Below, piece by piece: positions 26,867 through 37,936 of a stretch of 64,000 nucleotides of DNA; within the stretch, counting starts at the first letter, position 1; each line of letters begins with the position of its first letter. Position numbers and translations under genes: made by a program. Origin of the DNA: Eubacteriales bacterium (GTDB lineage Bacteria; Bacillota; Clostridia; Christensenellales; JAWKQI01); assembly GCA_041390245.1 (NCBI GenBank), contig JAWKQI010000001.1, forward strand, positions 107,558 to 171,557. Direction: 5' to 3'. The notes under the pieces were generated by a model that was given only the letters and a program-made list of their open reading frames with translations, made no database searches and was not told the DNA's origin.

Positions 26867-28060
26867 TTATTTTGATAAAAGCTTAACCGTATCCCTTGCT
26901 ATCATCAATTCTTCATTAGTCGGTATAACGAAAACTTTTACTTTGCTGCTTGACTTTGAGATCTCCATTTTGACACCGCGATGGCTATTTTTTTCAGGGT
27001 CCAGTTCGATTCCTAAAAATTCAAGCCCGTCCATTATGTTTGCGCGCATTTCGGGATCGTTTTCGCCGATACCCGCTGTAAAAGCGATGCAATCAAGCCC
27101 GCCCATTGCAGCTGAATATGCTCCGAAATACTTTTTAACTGAATATGCAAAGGCTTCCAAAGCCATCTTTGCACGTTCATTCCCTTCTTCTGCCGCGCTG
27201 GATAAATCTCTAAAATCGCTGCTTATACCTGAAAGGCCCAAAACACCGCTTTTTTTATTCATATATGTATCCATCTCTTCGATGGTCATATTTTCTCTTT
27301 CCATCATGTACTTAACGATTGCAGGATCTATGCTGCCACAGCGCGTTCCCATGATAACGCCTTCAAGGGGCGTCAATCCCATGCTGGTATCCACACATTT
27401 GCCGTCCTTAACAGCGGATAAGCTGCTGCCGTTTCCCAAATGGCAGGTTATAAGTTTTAAATGCTCAGGGTTGCCCATCAATTCTGCAGCACTCATTGAG
27501 ACATAGCGGTGGGAAGTACCATGAAATCCATAGCGGCGAACTTTGTGCTTCGTATATGCTTCATACGGAAGCCCATATAGATAAGCTCTAGGAGGCATCG
27601 TCTGCCCAAAAGCCGTATCGAAAACAGCGACCTGCGGCACTCCTGGCATAGCCTCGGTGCATGCCTTTATCCCCATCAAGTTGGCCGGATTGTGAAGCGG
27701 CCCTAAGACAATATTGTCTTTAATTGCCTTTAATACAGGTTCTGTAACTATCTGCGAATCGGAAAAATCCGGCCCTCCGTGCAGTACTCTATGGCCTACC
27801 GCACTTATTTCTTTTAAATCTTTTATTACGCCGTATTTATCATCTAGCAATACTTTTAACATAAGCTCGACGGCGACTCTATGGTTACTTAGTTCTTTTT
27901 CAACTATATATTTTTCTTTCCCCTCAGCGGTATGCTTTAAAACAGAATGCGGTATGCCTATCCTCTCTACGATACCTTTTGCCAGAACATTTTCTGAATC
28001 TGCGTCTATTAACTGGTACTTCAATGATGAACTGCCCGCATTGATGACTAATACATCCAT
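26867..28060 (-). CDS. ackA: Acetate kinase
   Basis: VLVINAGSSSLKYQL N-terminus, full length. Confidence 0.95.
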   Translation of the reverse strand: MDVLVINAGSSSLKYQLIDADSENVLAKGIVERIGIPHSVLKHTAEGKEKYIVEKELSNHRVAVELMLKVLLDDKYGVIKDLKEISAVGHRVLHGGPDFSDSQIVTEPVLKAIKDNIVLGPLHNPANLMGIKACTEAMPGVPQVAVFDTAFGQTMPPRAYLYGLPYEAYTKHKVRRYGFHGTSHRYVSMSAAELMGNPEHLKLITCHLGNGSSLSAVKDGKCVDTSMGLTPLEGVIMGTRCGSIDPAIVKYMMERENMTIEEMDTYMNKKSGVLGLSGISSDFRDLSSAAEEGNERAKMALEAFAYSVKKYFGAYSAAMGGLDCIAFTAGIGENDPEMRANIMDGLEFLGIELDPEKNSHRGVKMEISKSSSKVKVFVIPTNEELMIARDTVKLLSK

Positions 28061-28090
28061 TTTATATCCCCTTTAATCCTTTTCTTATTT

Positions 28091-29080
28091 TTATACGCTC
28101 TGTGCCTGAACAGCTGTAATCGCCGTAACAAATACGATATCATCTGCGTTGCATCCGCGTGATAAGTCGTTAACCGGTTTTGCAAGGCCCTGACATATTG
28201 GTCCAAGAGCCGTTGCGCCTGCCAAACGCTCTGTTAACTTGTATCCTATGTTTCCTGAATCTAGGTCCGGGAATACTAAAACGTTTGCGTGCCCTGCAAC
28301 TTTGCTTCCGGGAGCTTTGCTTTCTCCTATTTTCGGGATTAAAGCTGCATCTGCCTGTAATTCCCCGTCTAACATAAGTTCGGGGAACTTTTCTTTAGCT
28401 ATCTTAACTCCTTCGGCCACCTTTTCTACTTTAGCGTGCTTCGCGCTTCCCTTAGTGGAGAAAGAGAGCATCGCTATTTTTGCATCCATATCAACCAATT
28501 CTTTTGCAGTCATTGCCGAAGTCTTTGCTATCGAAGCAAGCTCAGATGCGTTTGGATCAGGGTTAAGTCCGCAGTCTGCAAATACAAGTATACCGTTTAA
28601 GCCAAATTCCTTTTTGGGCACTTCCATTAAGAAGCAGGTTGATACCAATTCTATTCCGGGCCTTGTCTTTATTATCTGGAGAGCTGGGCGAATAGTATCC
28701 GATGTAGTATGCACTGCGCCGGCTACCATTCCATCGGCTTCTCCCGCCTTTACCATGAGTACACCAAAATAAAGAGGATCCTGAGCTTGCTTTTTAGCCT
28801 GTTCCTCAGTCACCCCTTTTGATTTTCTGATCTCGTAGAAAAGTTTTGCGTAAGAATCCAGTTTGTCCGATGTCTTTGGGTCAATTATTTTAACCTCACT
28901 GCTTAAATCCTTGCCTTTTTCACGTATAACTTTCTCGTCCCCAATCAGAACAACATCTGCTATACCTTCCTTAACTATCTTATTAGCAGCAGTAATAGTT
29001 CTAATTTCTTCGCCTTCTGCTAAAACAATTCTTTTTTTGTCTTTTTTAGCTTTTGCAATTAAAATATCCTTTAACGCCAT
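28091..29080 (-). CDS. pta: Phosphate acetyltransferase
   Basis: 329-aa PTA_PTB family protein, adjacent to ackA. Confidence 0.92.
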   Translation of the reverse strand: MALKDILIAKAKKDKKRIVLAEGEEIRTITAANKIVKEGIADVVLIGDEKVIREKGKDLSSEVKIIDPKTSDKLDSYAKLFYEIRKSKGVTEEQAKKQAQDPLYFGVLMVKAGEADGMVAGAVHTTSDTIRPALQIIKTRPGIELVSTCFLMEVPKKEFGLNGILVFADCGLNPDPNASELASIAKTSAMTAKELVDMDAKIAMLSFSTKGSAKHAKVEKVAEGVKIAKEKFPELMLDGELQADAALIPKIGESKAPGSKVAGHANVLVFPDLDSGNIGYKLTERLAGATALGPICQGLAKPVNDLSRGCNADDIVFVTAITAVQAQSV

Positions 29081-29186
29081 CTTGCATACTCCTTTTTATA
29101 TATGTATACTTATATAAAGTTTTGGTATAATTATTTCACCAATGAATTATTATATATCAATTGACCTGAAATGAAAAGAGAATTTT

Positions 29187-30374
29187 ATGAAAATATGCGG
29201 AATTATAGCAGAATACGACCCTTTTCACTTAGGACATGCCTACCATCTGGATGCTGCCCGTAAAAGTTCCGGCGCGGATGCGGTAGCTGTTGCAATGTCT
29301 GCCAGCTTTGTTCAGCGCGGCTATCCTGCAATGTTCGATAAGTGGACACGGGCAAAATGCGCCCTTGCTTCCGGTGCTGATATCGTATTTGAATTGTCTG
29401 CTCTAGGTTCTCTTCAAAGTGCGGAGGGTTTTGCATCTGCCGGCGTTAAACTTTTAAATGAAATAGGCGCAACTTCACTGTCTTTTGGCTGCGAGACGCC
29501 GGACATCACATTTCTATCTTCAGTAGCAGACGTTTTGATAAACGAACCGGAAAATTACAGGGCATATTTAAAGGAAAGCCTGTCTGCCGGTCATAGTTTT
29601 GTCAAATCAAGGGGCGAGGCGCTTAAAAAGTACCTATCTCTTGACAGTGACAAGGTATCTGCTATCAATAAACCAAACAATATCTTGGCAATAGAATACC
29701 TAAAGGCAATAAAAAGATATGCGCCAACGCTTTCCCCGCTTCCTATTAAGCGCAAAGGTAGCGGTTACCATGAAAATAGCCTTTCAGATAAGCTGGCCAG
29801 TGCTTCTGCAATTAGAAAAGGCATTCTTGCCAATTCTGATATTTTAAGTTATGTGCCAAAAGCCTGTTACGAACTTTTAAAAGAGCAGATAGACTTAGGA
29901 AATATACGCGTCTTGAATGATTTCTCAGAAAGTATATTTAATTCACTTATAAAACTCAATAAAGAGGGCATCGCACTTTTACCAGACGTTTCCGAGGGGC
30001 TTGAAAATAAAATTTTCTCAAGCCTAAAATCCCACCCCAATGATCTTGATGAATTTATAAACGCGATAAAGAGCAGCCGGTATACTAAAACGCGAATAAA
30101 CCGGATACTCATAAACGCACTTATCGGGATAACCAAAGAAGCAATACTTAAGTTTAACCAAAGCCCTCCCCAATATATAAAGGTTTTGGGCATAAAAAAA
30201 GCATCTAAACACTTACTATCATATATATCAAAAAAGGCAAGCTGCCCGATAATCTATTCCGCCTCAAACATAAAAAATGAATTTTTGGATCTAGATATAT
30301 TGGCGACGAACCTTTACCTTTTAAAGTCCAAAACTTTTAACCGCGACTATACCGAACGTTTGATCGAAGTCTAA
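29187..30374 (+). CDS. tmcAL: tRNA(Met) cytidine acetate ligase (YlbM/UPF0348 nucleotidyltransferase)
   Basis: IIAEYDPFHLGH HxGH motif. ylb-locus synteny. Confidence 0.8.
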   Translation: MKICGIIAEYDPFHLGHAYHLDAARKSSGADAVAVAMSASFVQRGYPAMFDKWTRAKCALASGADIVFELSALGSLQSAEGFASAGVKLLNEIGATSLSFGCETPDITFLSSVADVLINEPENYRAYLKESLSAGHSFVKSRGEALKKYLSLDSDKVSAINKPNNILAIEYLKAIKRYAPTLSPLPIKRKGSGYHENSLSDKLASASAIRKGILANSDILSYVPKACYELLKEQIDLGNIRVLNDFSESIFNSLIKLNKEGIALLPDVSEGLENKIFSSLKSHPNDLDEFINAIKSSRYTKTRINRILINALIGITKEAILKFNQSPPQYIKVLGIKKASKHLLSYISKKASCPIIYSASNIKNEFLDLDILATNLYLLKSKTFNRDYTERLIEV

Positions 30375-31174
30375 CTATTGCTTTTAATCTCCTCAATCTT
30401 TTCCTTTATCGCATCTATAGAATCAAGTGTCCTTTTATATCCAATGTCGACACACTCTTCAACCTGGCTGTTTGAAAACGGGCTTATTTCCCTGACAGAC
30501 GGCAATATCAAAACGTCTGCCTTATACATCTTGCTCTTGGCGATTTCATAGCTCATTATATTCATAGCCTGCTGCATAAGCTGCATCACATTTTTAGGAG
30601 ATTTCTGGTCCTCACCTCTATACGAAACATCAACCCCTATTACCATATCTGCTCCCATACTCTTGACAGTCTGGACCGGCACTCTTTCGACTATGGCGCC
30701 GTCTACATAAAGCTCCCCGTTTATATCTTTTGGCAAAAATATCCCCTGCATTGAAATACTTGCCCGGACGGCATCATATATTTTCCCTTTGTCAAACACC
30801 TTAAGTTTGCCGTCTCTTAACCTGACGGCCACGCATGTAAATGGTACGCTCGTTTCCTTAAATGTCTTATTTTTTGTGAGTAACCTAATAAGTGTTTCAG
30901 CTTTTTCGCCTTTTATTATCCCCTGCTTATTATTAAAAGAAAAATCACGTATTTTATTCATACCGTAAATGGATATGAGGTTGGCGAGCATGTCAAGGTC
31001 GCTGCCTGTAACATAAAGCGCACCGATAAAAGCACCCATGGAACATCCAGATACCATATCTATCGGTATGTTATTTTCATTAAGCGCTTTTATCACGCCT
31101 ATATGGGCAAATCCGCGGGCGGCACCCGCACCTAATGCTAAACCTATTTTTATCTTGTCCTTCATATCAAACAC
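30371..31174 (-). CDS. Patatin-like phospholipase (YlbK-like)
   Basis: GAGAARG and GCSMG motifs and the DGA dyad region. Confidence 0.85.
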   Translation of the reverse strand: MFDMKDKIKIGLALGAGAARGFAHIGVIKALNENNIPIDMVSGCSMGAFIGALYVTGSDLDMLANLISIYGMNKIRDFSFNNKQGIIKGEKAETLIRLLTKNKTFKETSVPFTCVAVRLRDGKLKVFDKGKIYDAVRASISMQGIFLPKDINGELYVDGAIVERVPVQTVKSMGADMVIGVDVSYRGEDQKSPKNVMQLMQQAMNIMSYEIAKSKMYKADVLILPSVREISPFSNSQVEECVDIGYKRTLDSIDAIKEKIEEIKSNS

Positions 31175-31218
31175 CTATCAAACATATCAATTACATATAT
31201 ACTTCGAGGAGAAAATTT

Positions 31219-32361
31219 ATGCAGAGAATACCAAAGTGTATCCTTATTATATCAGTATTTTTATTTTTACTTCTAGTGGCACTCTTTCCCGAAATAAGCA
31301 TAGATGCCGCGAGCAACGGACTGATGCTCTTTATAGAATCCGTGCTGCCTTCTATACTGCCCTTTTTAATAGGAACCTCCATACTCCTGCAGACCGGCTT
31401 TGTGCCAATTATAGGCGCTATCTTGTCCCCTGTCTTCGGTTTTTTGTTCGGATGCCCTGGCGAATCCGGATACGTATTTTTATCTGCCGGGCTATCCGGA
31501 TATCCAATAGGCGCCAAACTCAGCGCAGAACTATTTGATAAAGGCATATTAACCCGTGACGAAGCGCAACTAACACTTTACTTTACAAGTATAACCAGCC
31601 CTCTTTTTATAAGCGGCGTAGTTGCGATATCCCTGTTTAATGCGCCTTACCTTTCGGGGTACCTCTTATTCTCACACTACATTGCAGCGATTCTAACCGG
31701 AGTTATAATGCGTATCCGCTTTGGCAAAAAGAAAATGGTTTATAGTATACGGGCTGAATTAAAAAAAGCCCTTCATAACTTCCGGCTAAAAAATAATTTC
31801 TTTTCAAAGCAGACAACTATAGGCAATATTTTAAAAAACGCCGTTACTACTTCTCTTATAACTGTTGCAACTATATGCGGTTTTATAATTTTATTTAATG
31901 TTTTAATTAACCTTTTAAACCACCTAGGATTCTTTGAAACCGTATCTAATATACTGTCTCCTCTGCTCACCAAATTTTCAATAAATCCGGCAGTTATAAA
32001 ACCATTAATATCAGGCAGTATAGAAATGACTGTTGGTGTAAACATGGCAAGCAAGATCTCAAGTAAAATATTGATGGCCTACATATCCGCTTTTCTTTTA
32101 GGCTTTGGCGGCTTATCTATAATAATGCAGACATATGCCTTTATATCTCAGTATAAGCTAAGTGCTAAAAATTTTATAGCGGCTAAGTTCATGCAGGGCT
32201 GCTTGTCCTCTCTTATTCTGGCTGCAAGCTTAAAGGTTATTCCTTTAACTGTCACAACATCGAGTTTAAGCGCAAATACACCAAACGTTTACCAATATTT
32301 AGGCCTTATATTCTTCTTGCTTTGCAGCACAACTTTATTAGCAAAGCTGAAAAAATATTAA
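31219..32361 (+). CDS. ylbJ: Sporulation integral membrane protein YlbJ
   Basis: Nucleoside-recognition-type membrane protein in the ylb-locus position. I chose ATG 31219, which has GAGGAG upstream. The ORF track starts at 31135. Confidence 0.75.
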   Translation: MQRIPKCILIISVFLFLLLVALFPEISIDAASNGLMLFIESVLPSILPFLIGTSILLQTGFVPIIGAILSPVFGFLFGCPGESGYVFLSAGLSGYPIGAKLSAELFDKGILTRDEAQLTLYFTSITSPLFISGVVAISLFNAPYLSGYLLFSHYIAAILTGVIMRIRFGKKKMVYSIRAELKKALHNFRLKNNFFSKQTTIGNILKNAVTTSLITVATICGFIILFNVLINLLNHLGFFETVSNILSPLLTKFSINPAVIKPLISGSIEMTVGVNMASKISSKILMAYISAFLLGFGGLSIIMQTYAFISQYKLSAKNFIAAKFMQGCLSSLILAASLKVIPLTVTTSSLSANTPNVYQYLGLIFFLLCSTTLLAKLKKY

Positions 32362-32837
32362 TCTAAATGCACTTCTGGCTCTTTCTTCACAGTTTTTCTA
32401 ACATCTAACTGTGCTGAATCGTCTTTTACTGCGTCTAAATAATCGTTTAAATAATTTTGCACATCCTGCAGTACATCTTTTGCATACTGGTTTGCGCCCA
32501 GCCTTATTTCTCTTGCATTCTTCTTGGCACTTTCAAGTATACTTCTGGCTTTTTCATATGCAAGCTGGGTTAATTCGTGTTCTTCAACCAGTTCGGTTAC
32601 TTTTGAATCTGCCCCCGCTACTATGGAGCTGGCCTCTTCTTGAGCGTCACTTAATATACGGCTTTTTTCCTGCAGCGTACCATCTGCCTCTATAATGCTT
32701 TCCGGAAGAGAGTTTTTTATGTCTTGTATGATCTCCATAACTATGTCTACTTCGATTACTTTCTTTTTAGACAGAAAAGCATTTGGGCTCATATTTATTT
32801 CCTGCTCTAACTCCTCGATAAACTCAAAAACTTTCAT
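32358..32837 (-). CDS. Hypothetical acidic coiled-coil protein
   Basis: 159 aa. 4-nt overlap with the coaD stop. No motif recognised. Confidence 0.55.
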   Translation of the reverse strand: MKVFEFIEELEQEINMSPNAFLSKKKVIEVDIVMEIIQDIKNSLPESIIEADGTLQEKSRILSDAQEEASSIVAGADSKVTELVEEHELTQLAYEKARSILESAKKNAREIRLGANQYAKDVLQDVQNYLNDYLDAVKDDSAQLDVRKTVKKEPEVHLD

Positions 32838-33334
32838 TTCCCCGAAAACCTCTCCTCTTGAATTTTTTTTGTAATATCTGAAACGATCTGCGAAGGGACA
32901 AAATCCTTTATATCTCCTTTATTCCTGGCTATATCTTTAATAAAGCTGCTGCTTAAAAAAGAGTTTTCAGTCCTCGTCATCATGAGTATTGTTTCTATCT
33001 TAGGATACATATGCGCATTCAATGCCGCCATAGAAAATTCATGTTCAAAATCCGACACTGCACGAAGGCCGCGTATGACTATATTGACGTTTTTTTCTTC
33101 AAGATAATGAACTAAAAGCCCCTTGAAACTGTCTACCTCTACATTTGGCAGGTGTTCAGTGCTTTTTCTTATAAGGTCCATGCGTTCTTCCACACTAAAC
33201 ATAGGTGTTTTAGACGCATTCATCAGCACCGCAACAATTATTTTATCAAATATCTTGGAACTACGGTCAATTATATCCATATGGCCGTTTGTTATTGGGT
33301 CGAAGCTGCCGGGATAAATACAAATCTTCTCCAA
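32834..33334 (-). CDS. coaD: Phosphopantetheine adenylyltransferase
   Basis: YPGSFDPITNGH motif. Confidence 0.95.
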   Translation of the reverse strand: MEKICIYPGSFDPITNGHMDIIDRSSKIFDKIIVAVLMNASKTPMFSVEERMDLIRKSTEHLPNVEVDSFKGLLVHYLEEKNVNIVIRGLRAVSDFEHEFSMAALNAHMYPKIETILMMTRTENSFLSSSFIKDIARNKGDIKDFVPSQIVSDITKKIQEERFSGK

Positions 33335-33336
33335 AG

Positions 33337-33872
33337 TTAATTCTCCTTAAAATATGTAACGTATATATTCCCATATTTTTTCTGTTTTACCTTAAAAAGC
33401 CCATTAAAACCATCTAAAACATCAAAAAAGTCACTTTCTACCACAATTATACCATTTTCCGCTAACAAATGGTATTTTAAAATTATTTCTGCTATTTCCT
33501 TATATAATAAAGACTTATACGGCGGATCTAGAAATATTATATCAAACGGCCCATTGACCGTCTTTAATAAACTTATAGCATCGCCTTTTTTTATTATCGC
33601 CAAAGGAAAAAGCTTTGTCTTAATTAAATTCTTTTTTATTATATCTATACATTCGCTGCATTCATCTATGAAAGTACAGCTTTTAGCCCCTTTGATAAAG
33701 CCTCTATCCCAAGAGCCCCTGAACCTGAAAACAAATCCAGTACTCTAGCGGAGGATATTTCAAACTGTATTACGCTAAACATGCCTTCTTTGACTCTGTC
33801 CGTAGTAGGCCGCGCTACTTTTTCCGGTGCTAAAAGCCTTATGCTCCTGGCTGTGCCAGAAATAACCCGCAT
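33337..33872 (-). pseudogene. rsmD: 16S rRNA (guanine966-N2)-methyltransferase RsmD, split by a single-base frameshift
   Basis: ORFs 33666-33872 and 33337-33603 are the two halves. Adding one G to the GGGG run (33687-33690) restores EALSKGAKSCTFIDECSECIDIIKKNL...DPPY. Confidence 0.8.
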
Positions 33873-33884
33873 AGTAATTTCTCC

Positions 33885-34433
33885 TTAATAAAAGATGTTT
33901 TTTTCGGTTATTATTTTGTCCATCTTTATGTCGTTAATATCTTTTATTATCTCTGAAACTTGCTGGCAGGAAAACGCAACACCTAACTTATACGCATGCG
34001 TCCCTGCTAAAAACCTGTCGTAATAGCCTCTTCCATAACCTATCCTGTTAAGATTTCCGTCGAATGCGACCATCGGTACTATAACAAAATCTATATCGCT
34101 CTTTTTAACTTTTTCAGCATCATGCGGATACAATATTCCAAACCTGTCTGCCAAAAGGCTGCTGTTTTCATCATACAGAGCCACATCCATTTGCCCGTCT
34201 CCATCCAGGACGACCGGTAGGCATATGCGTTTGTCCATATCTTTACACACGTTAAATATTTGGGTTATGTCTACTTCGCTATTCGTTGGATAATATGCCA
34301 TTATGGTCTTAGCTTTTTTAAATTCGTCTAATCCCTTGATTTTTCTGCATATAACACTGGAATTATACTTTCTTTCTTGCTCCGTCATGCCGTTTCGCAC
34401 GCAAAGCGCCCCTTGCCTAGCTTCTATTTTCAT
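33885..34433 (-). CDS. 5-formyltetrahydrofolate cyclo-ligase
   Basis: MTHFS family (GYGRGYYDRFL motif). Confidence 0.8.
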   Translation of the reverse strand: MKIEARQGALCVRNGMTEQERKYNSSVICRKIKGLDEFKKAKTIMAYYPTNSEVDITQIFNVCKDMDKRICLPVVLDGDGQMDVALYDENSSLLADRFGILYPHDAEKVKKSDIDFVIVPMVAFDGNLNRIGYGRGYYDRFLAGTHAYKLGVAFSCQQVSEIIKDINDIKMDKIITEKNIFY

Positions 34434-35548
34434 GTCAAGTAAACCCTAAGCATCATCTGCAAAAACGAAAGGACTATTTCATAGCTTATTGTATCGCAAA
34501 GCTCAGCAATTTCGTCTGCCGTTATTTCTTCTTCTCCCTGCTTCCCTAGGCAGACCACTTCATCTCCGACAACTACGCCTTCTATATCCGTTACATCTAC
34601 CATCATCTGGTCCATGCAGACCCTTCCGACTATCGGAGCGCGTTTCCCGTGTATCAGTACGCTTCCCTTACCGGATAGAAGCCTTTTAAAGCCGTCTCCG
34701 TAACCTATGCTTATAGTAGCGATTTTCATAGGGGCGCTGGCTTTAAACGTTTGCCCGTAACTTATCGTGTCCCCTTTGTCTATATCTTTTACAAATACGA
34801 CTTTAGATAAGACCTTCATAGCAGGAGAAAGCTTTACCACTTTATTTTCCATTTCCGGAGACGGGTAAATACCGTACATCGATATCCCAAGCCTTATCAT
34901 ATCTAGCTGCGCTTCATTAAACTTTATGCACGCAGCGGAGTTTGATATATGAAGAAGCGGTGTAAACCCTCTATCCTTTACATACTTTGCAAACTCCAAA
35001 AACTTATCTAGTTGTTTCCTTGTCGTCTCATCGTGCGCAGCTGTATCGGCAGACGGGAAATGTGAAAATATCCCTGCAAGTTCTATATTCTTATGTTTTT
35101 CTACCGAACTAAGGATACTTTTTAGTTCCCCAATTGTCCTTATACCTATCCTGCCCATACCCGTATCTATTTTTATATGTATACGGCAAACCTTGCCCTT
35201 TTTCTTTGCGATTTCAGCTATCTTTTCTATAGCTACACTTGAAAAAACGCACAGGTCAAGGCCTAAATCAATGCACATATCTATCTCATCGTCTTCTATT
35301 GCACCTAGTATAAGTATACGGTTTTTTATCCCCGCATCACGGATGACCTTGCCCTCTTCAGGCGTTGCAACTGCAAGCCACTTAGCCCCCGCTTCAATTG
35401 CTGCCGTAGCACACGGAATACAGCCGTGGCCATATGCATCTGCCTTTACCACAGCCATAATACGCGTATTCTCGGATAGATGGTTCTTAATTTCCCTTAT
35501 ATTATTTTTAATAGCGTCTAAATCGACTTCAACGTAAGCTCGTGCCAA
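34430..35548 (-). CDS. alr: Alanine racemase
   Basis: VVKADAYGHG PLP-Lys motif, full length. Confidence 0.93.
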   Translation of the reverse strand: MARAYVEVDLDAIKNNIREIKNHLSENTRIMAVVKADAYGHGCIPCATAAIEAGAKWLAVATPEEGKVIRDAGIKNRILILGAIEDDEIDMCIDLGLDLCVFSSVAIEKIAEIAKKKGKVCRIHIKIDTGMGRIGIRTIGELKSILSSVEKHKNIELAGIFSHFPSADTAAHDETTRKQLDKFLEFAKYVKDRGFTPLLHISNSAACIKFNEAQLDMIRLGISMYGIYPSPEMENKVVKLSPAMKVLSKVVFVKDIDKGDTISYGQTFKASAPMKIATISIGYGDGFKRLLSGKGSVLIHGKRAPIVGRVCMDQMMVDVTDIEGVVVGDEVVCLGKQGEEEITADEIAELCDTISYEIVLSFLQMMLRVYLT

Positions 35549-35565
35549 TATAATTACCCTGCTTC

Positions 35566-36000
35566 TTAAATATTGTAGACGTCCTTATCTGAAAGTATAT
35601 TGATATTATTATCGGTTAAAACTTTTACCGCCTTATCATTATCGTCTACCCTTTTGAATAAAATGAGCGCTTTATCAGTTCCTCTTCTTACAAACGAGTA
35701 AAGATACTCAACACTTATATCAGCATCGTTTAAAAGCTCTAATACGGCGTTTAAGCCGCCTGGTTTATCGTCTAGTTCAACTGCAAGCACGTATGTAGTA
35801 TTGGCTGTAAATCCTGCATTTTTAAGTACTGTAAGTGCACGTTTGGGGTCGTTAACTATGCAGCGCAAAATACCAAAATTAGTGGTATCTGCTATTGATA
35901 TTGCGATAATGTCTATATCTTCTTTTGCCAATACTCCTGTTATTTTGCTTAACCTGCCCTTTGTGTTTTCGATAAACACTGAAATCTGCTGTGTCAACAT
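35566..36000 (-). CDS. Tandem ACT-domain protein
   Basis: 144-aa ACT repeats. Last gene of the paaK/ior cluster. Confidence 0.75.
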   Translation of the reverse strand: MLTQQISVFIENTKGRLSKITGVLAKEDIDIIAISIADTTNFGILRCIVNDPKRALTVLKNAGFTANTTYVLAVELDDKPGGLNAVLELLNDADISVEYLYSFVRRGTDKALILFKRVDDNDKAVKVLTDNNINILSDKDVYNI

Positions 36001-36022
36001 ATTGTTTCCCTCCTCGCTATAA

Positions 36023-37321
36023 CTAGAATTTTCTGTTGTCTATAACCCTTTTTGCCTTGCCTTCGCTTCTCTGAATCGTTTTCGGTTCAACCAGAGTTAC
36101 AGCTGCGCTTATATTAAGCACAGAATGCAGCTCGTCTGCTATATGTTTTCTAAGCGTCTCCATTCTACGTACTTCGTCGAAGAAGATATCGCTTGAAACC
36201 TCTACCTGAACTTCTAAAGTATCGCTTCCATTAACACGGTCTACCACTATCTGGTAATGCGGCGATGCTTCCGCAATATTTACAAGTACGCTTTCTATCT
36301 GCGATGGAAACACGTTTACCCCACGGATTATAAGCATGTCGTCAGACCGCCCAAGTACTTTGGACATACGTACAAAAGTCCTTCCGCAGTCGCACTTATC
36401 TGCGTTAAGTGCGGTTATATCCCTGGTCCTATATCGTAATAAAGGTATTCCCTGCTTATTTATAGTCGTCATTACCAGTTCGCCCTTTTCACCATAGGGC
36501 AAAACTTCTAAAGTCTCCGGGTCTATTATCTCCGGTATAAAGTAATCTTCGTTTATATGCATGCCCTTTTTGCAGTAGCATTCGCAGGAAACCCCAGGCC
36601 CTGTGACCTCGCTTAAGCCATATATGTCAATAGCTAAAATATTAAGCCTGTCTTCTATCTGTTTGCGCATCTCCTCTGTCCACGGTTCTGCGCCGAATAT
36701 GCCGCTTCTTAGTTTAAGTTCGCTTTTATCTATGCCCATCTCTTCCATGGTCTCTGCCAAAAACAGCGCATAAGACGGTGTGCATGCAATAAGCGTCGTC
36801 CCAAAATCCTTCATAAGCATTATCTGGCGTTTGGTATTGCCGCCGCTTATAGGGATTACAGAAGCACCTATCTTTTCAGCCCCGTAATGCGCTCCTAAAC
36901 CTCCGGTAAAAAGCCCGTATCCAAAAGCGACCTGCACGACAGAATTCTTTGTCCCTCCGGCAGATGTAAGTGCCCTTGCCATCATCTCAGACCAAGAACC
37001 TAAATCACTTTGCGTATATCCGACAACGGTAGGTTTCCCCGTCGTTCCCGAAGAAGCATGGATCCTTACTATCTCGCTTAAATCAACTGCGAACATCCCA
37101 TATGGATATCCGTCCCTTAAATCCTGTTTTGTCGTAAACGGAAGCAGTTTTAAATCTTCCAAAGACCTTATGTCTTCCGGCTTAACGCCTGCTTCCTGCA
37201 TTTTCTTTCTGTATATAGGAACATTCTGGTAAACTCTTTTAACAGTGTCTTCGAGCAAACTAAACTGCAATTTGTTTAGTTTTTCCCTTTCCATACACTC
37301 ATACGTCTCATTCCAATACAT
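36023..37321 (-). CDS. paaK: Phenylacetate-CoA ligase family protein (copy 2)
   Basis: [15 protein letters not shown] and YGLSE motifs. I chose ATG 37321 ([13 protein letters not shown]), which lies 1 nt after the iorB stop. Confidence 0.85.
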   Translation of the reverse strand: MYWNETYECMEREKLNKLQFSLLEDTVKRVYQNVPIYRKKMQEAGVKPEDIRSLEDLKLLPFTTKQDLRDGYPYGMFAVDLSEIVRIHASSGTTGKPTVVGYTQSDLGSWSEMMARALTSAGGTKNSVVQVAFGYGLFTGGLGAHYGAEKIGASVIPISGGNTKRQIMLMKDFGTTLIACTPSYALFLAETMEEMGIDKSELKLRSGIFGAEPWTEEMRKQIEDRLNILAIDIYGLSEVTGPGVSCECYCKKGMHINEDYFIPEIIDPETLEVLPYGEKGELVMTTINKQGIPLLRYRTRDITALNADKCDCGRTFVRMSKVLGRSDDMLIIRGVNVFPSQIESVLVNIAEASPHYQIVVDRVNGSDTLEVQVEVSSDIFFDEVRRMETLRKHIADELHSVLNISAAVTLVEPKTIQRSEGKAKRVIDNRKF

Positions 37322-37322
37322 A

Positions 37323-37910
37323 TTACTTTGTATCCCCCTTAAAAGCATATCCTATATTAAAAGCATCGATATTCATATCTATTAGTTTTGGCTTTACAAC
37401 CTGCTTTAGAGCATCTATAAAACAATCTTTTTCAATGTCCATATATGCAGCCGCCGCCCCTAAAAGAACGGTATTTACAGCCCTTATATTTCCGGCCTCT
37501 TTTGCTAACTTATCCGCCGGAACGAATGTAACGCAACCACACGCCTGCTCTAATCTCGTTTCGATATCGCCCGGGTACTTTTCTTTTCCGGTTATTACCG
37601 GCATAGGGGAAATCTCCTGTGTGTTTACGAACATCTTTCCCTTTGGTGCCAAATACTCTATATACCTTAACGCTTCAAGCTTTTCAAACGCTATTATTAT
37701 ATCTGCCCCACCTAAATCTATAAGAGGCGAGAACACTTTATCACTGCTTATACGTACGTGCGTGACAACGCTCCCTCCGCGCTGTGCCATTCCATGGACT
37801 TCTGAAAGCTTAACGTCCATCTCTTTTATTTCCGCAACTTTACCAAGGATACGGCTTGCAGTAAGAGTTCCCTGGCCTCCAACCCCAACTATCAGTATAT
37901 TCAACTGCAT
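37323..37910 (-). CDS. iorB: Indolepyruvate:ferredoxin oxidoreductase beta subunit
   Basis: GVGGQGT N-terminus, 195 aa, downstream of iorA. Confidence 0.85.
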   Translation of the reverse strand: MQLNILIVGVGGQGTLTASRILGKVAEIKEMDVKLSEVHGMAQRGGSVVTHVRISSDKVFSPLIDLGGADIIIAFEKLEALRYIEYLAPKGKMFVNTQEISPMPVITGKEKYPGDIETRLEQACGCVTFVPADKLAKEAGNIRAVNTVLLGAAAAYMDIEKDCFIDALKQVVKPKLIDMNIDAFNIGYAFKGDTK

Positions 37911-37936
37911 TACTCAATACCGCCTTTCCTATAGCA

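Noticed and set aside
31135-31218. The upstream extension of ylbJ given by the ORF track (and the overlapping ORF 31038-31538).
   Set aside because: The extension overlaps the patatin gene start region and has no RBS. ATG 31219 has GAGGAG upstream and begins the hydrophobic YlbJ N-terminus.
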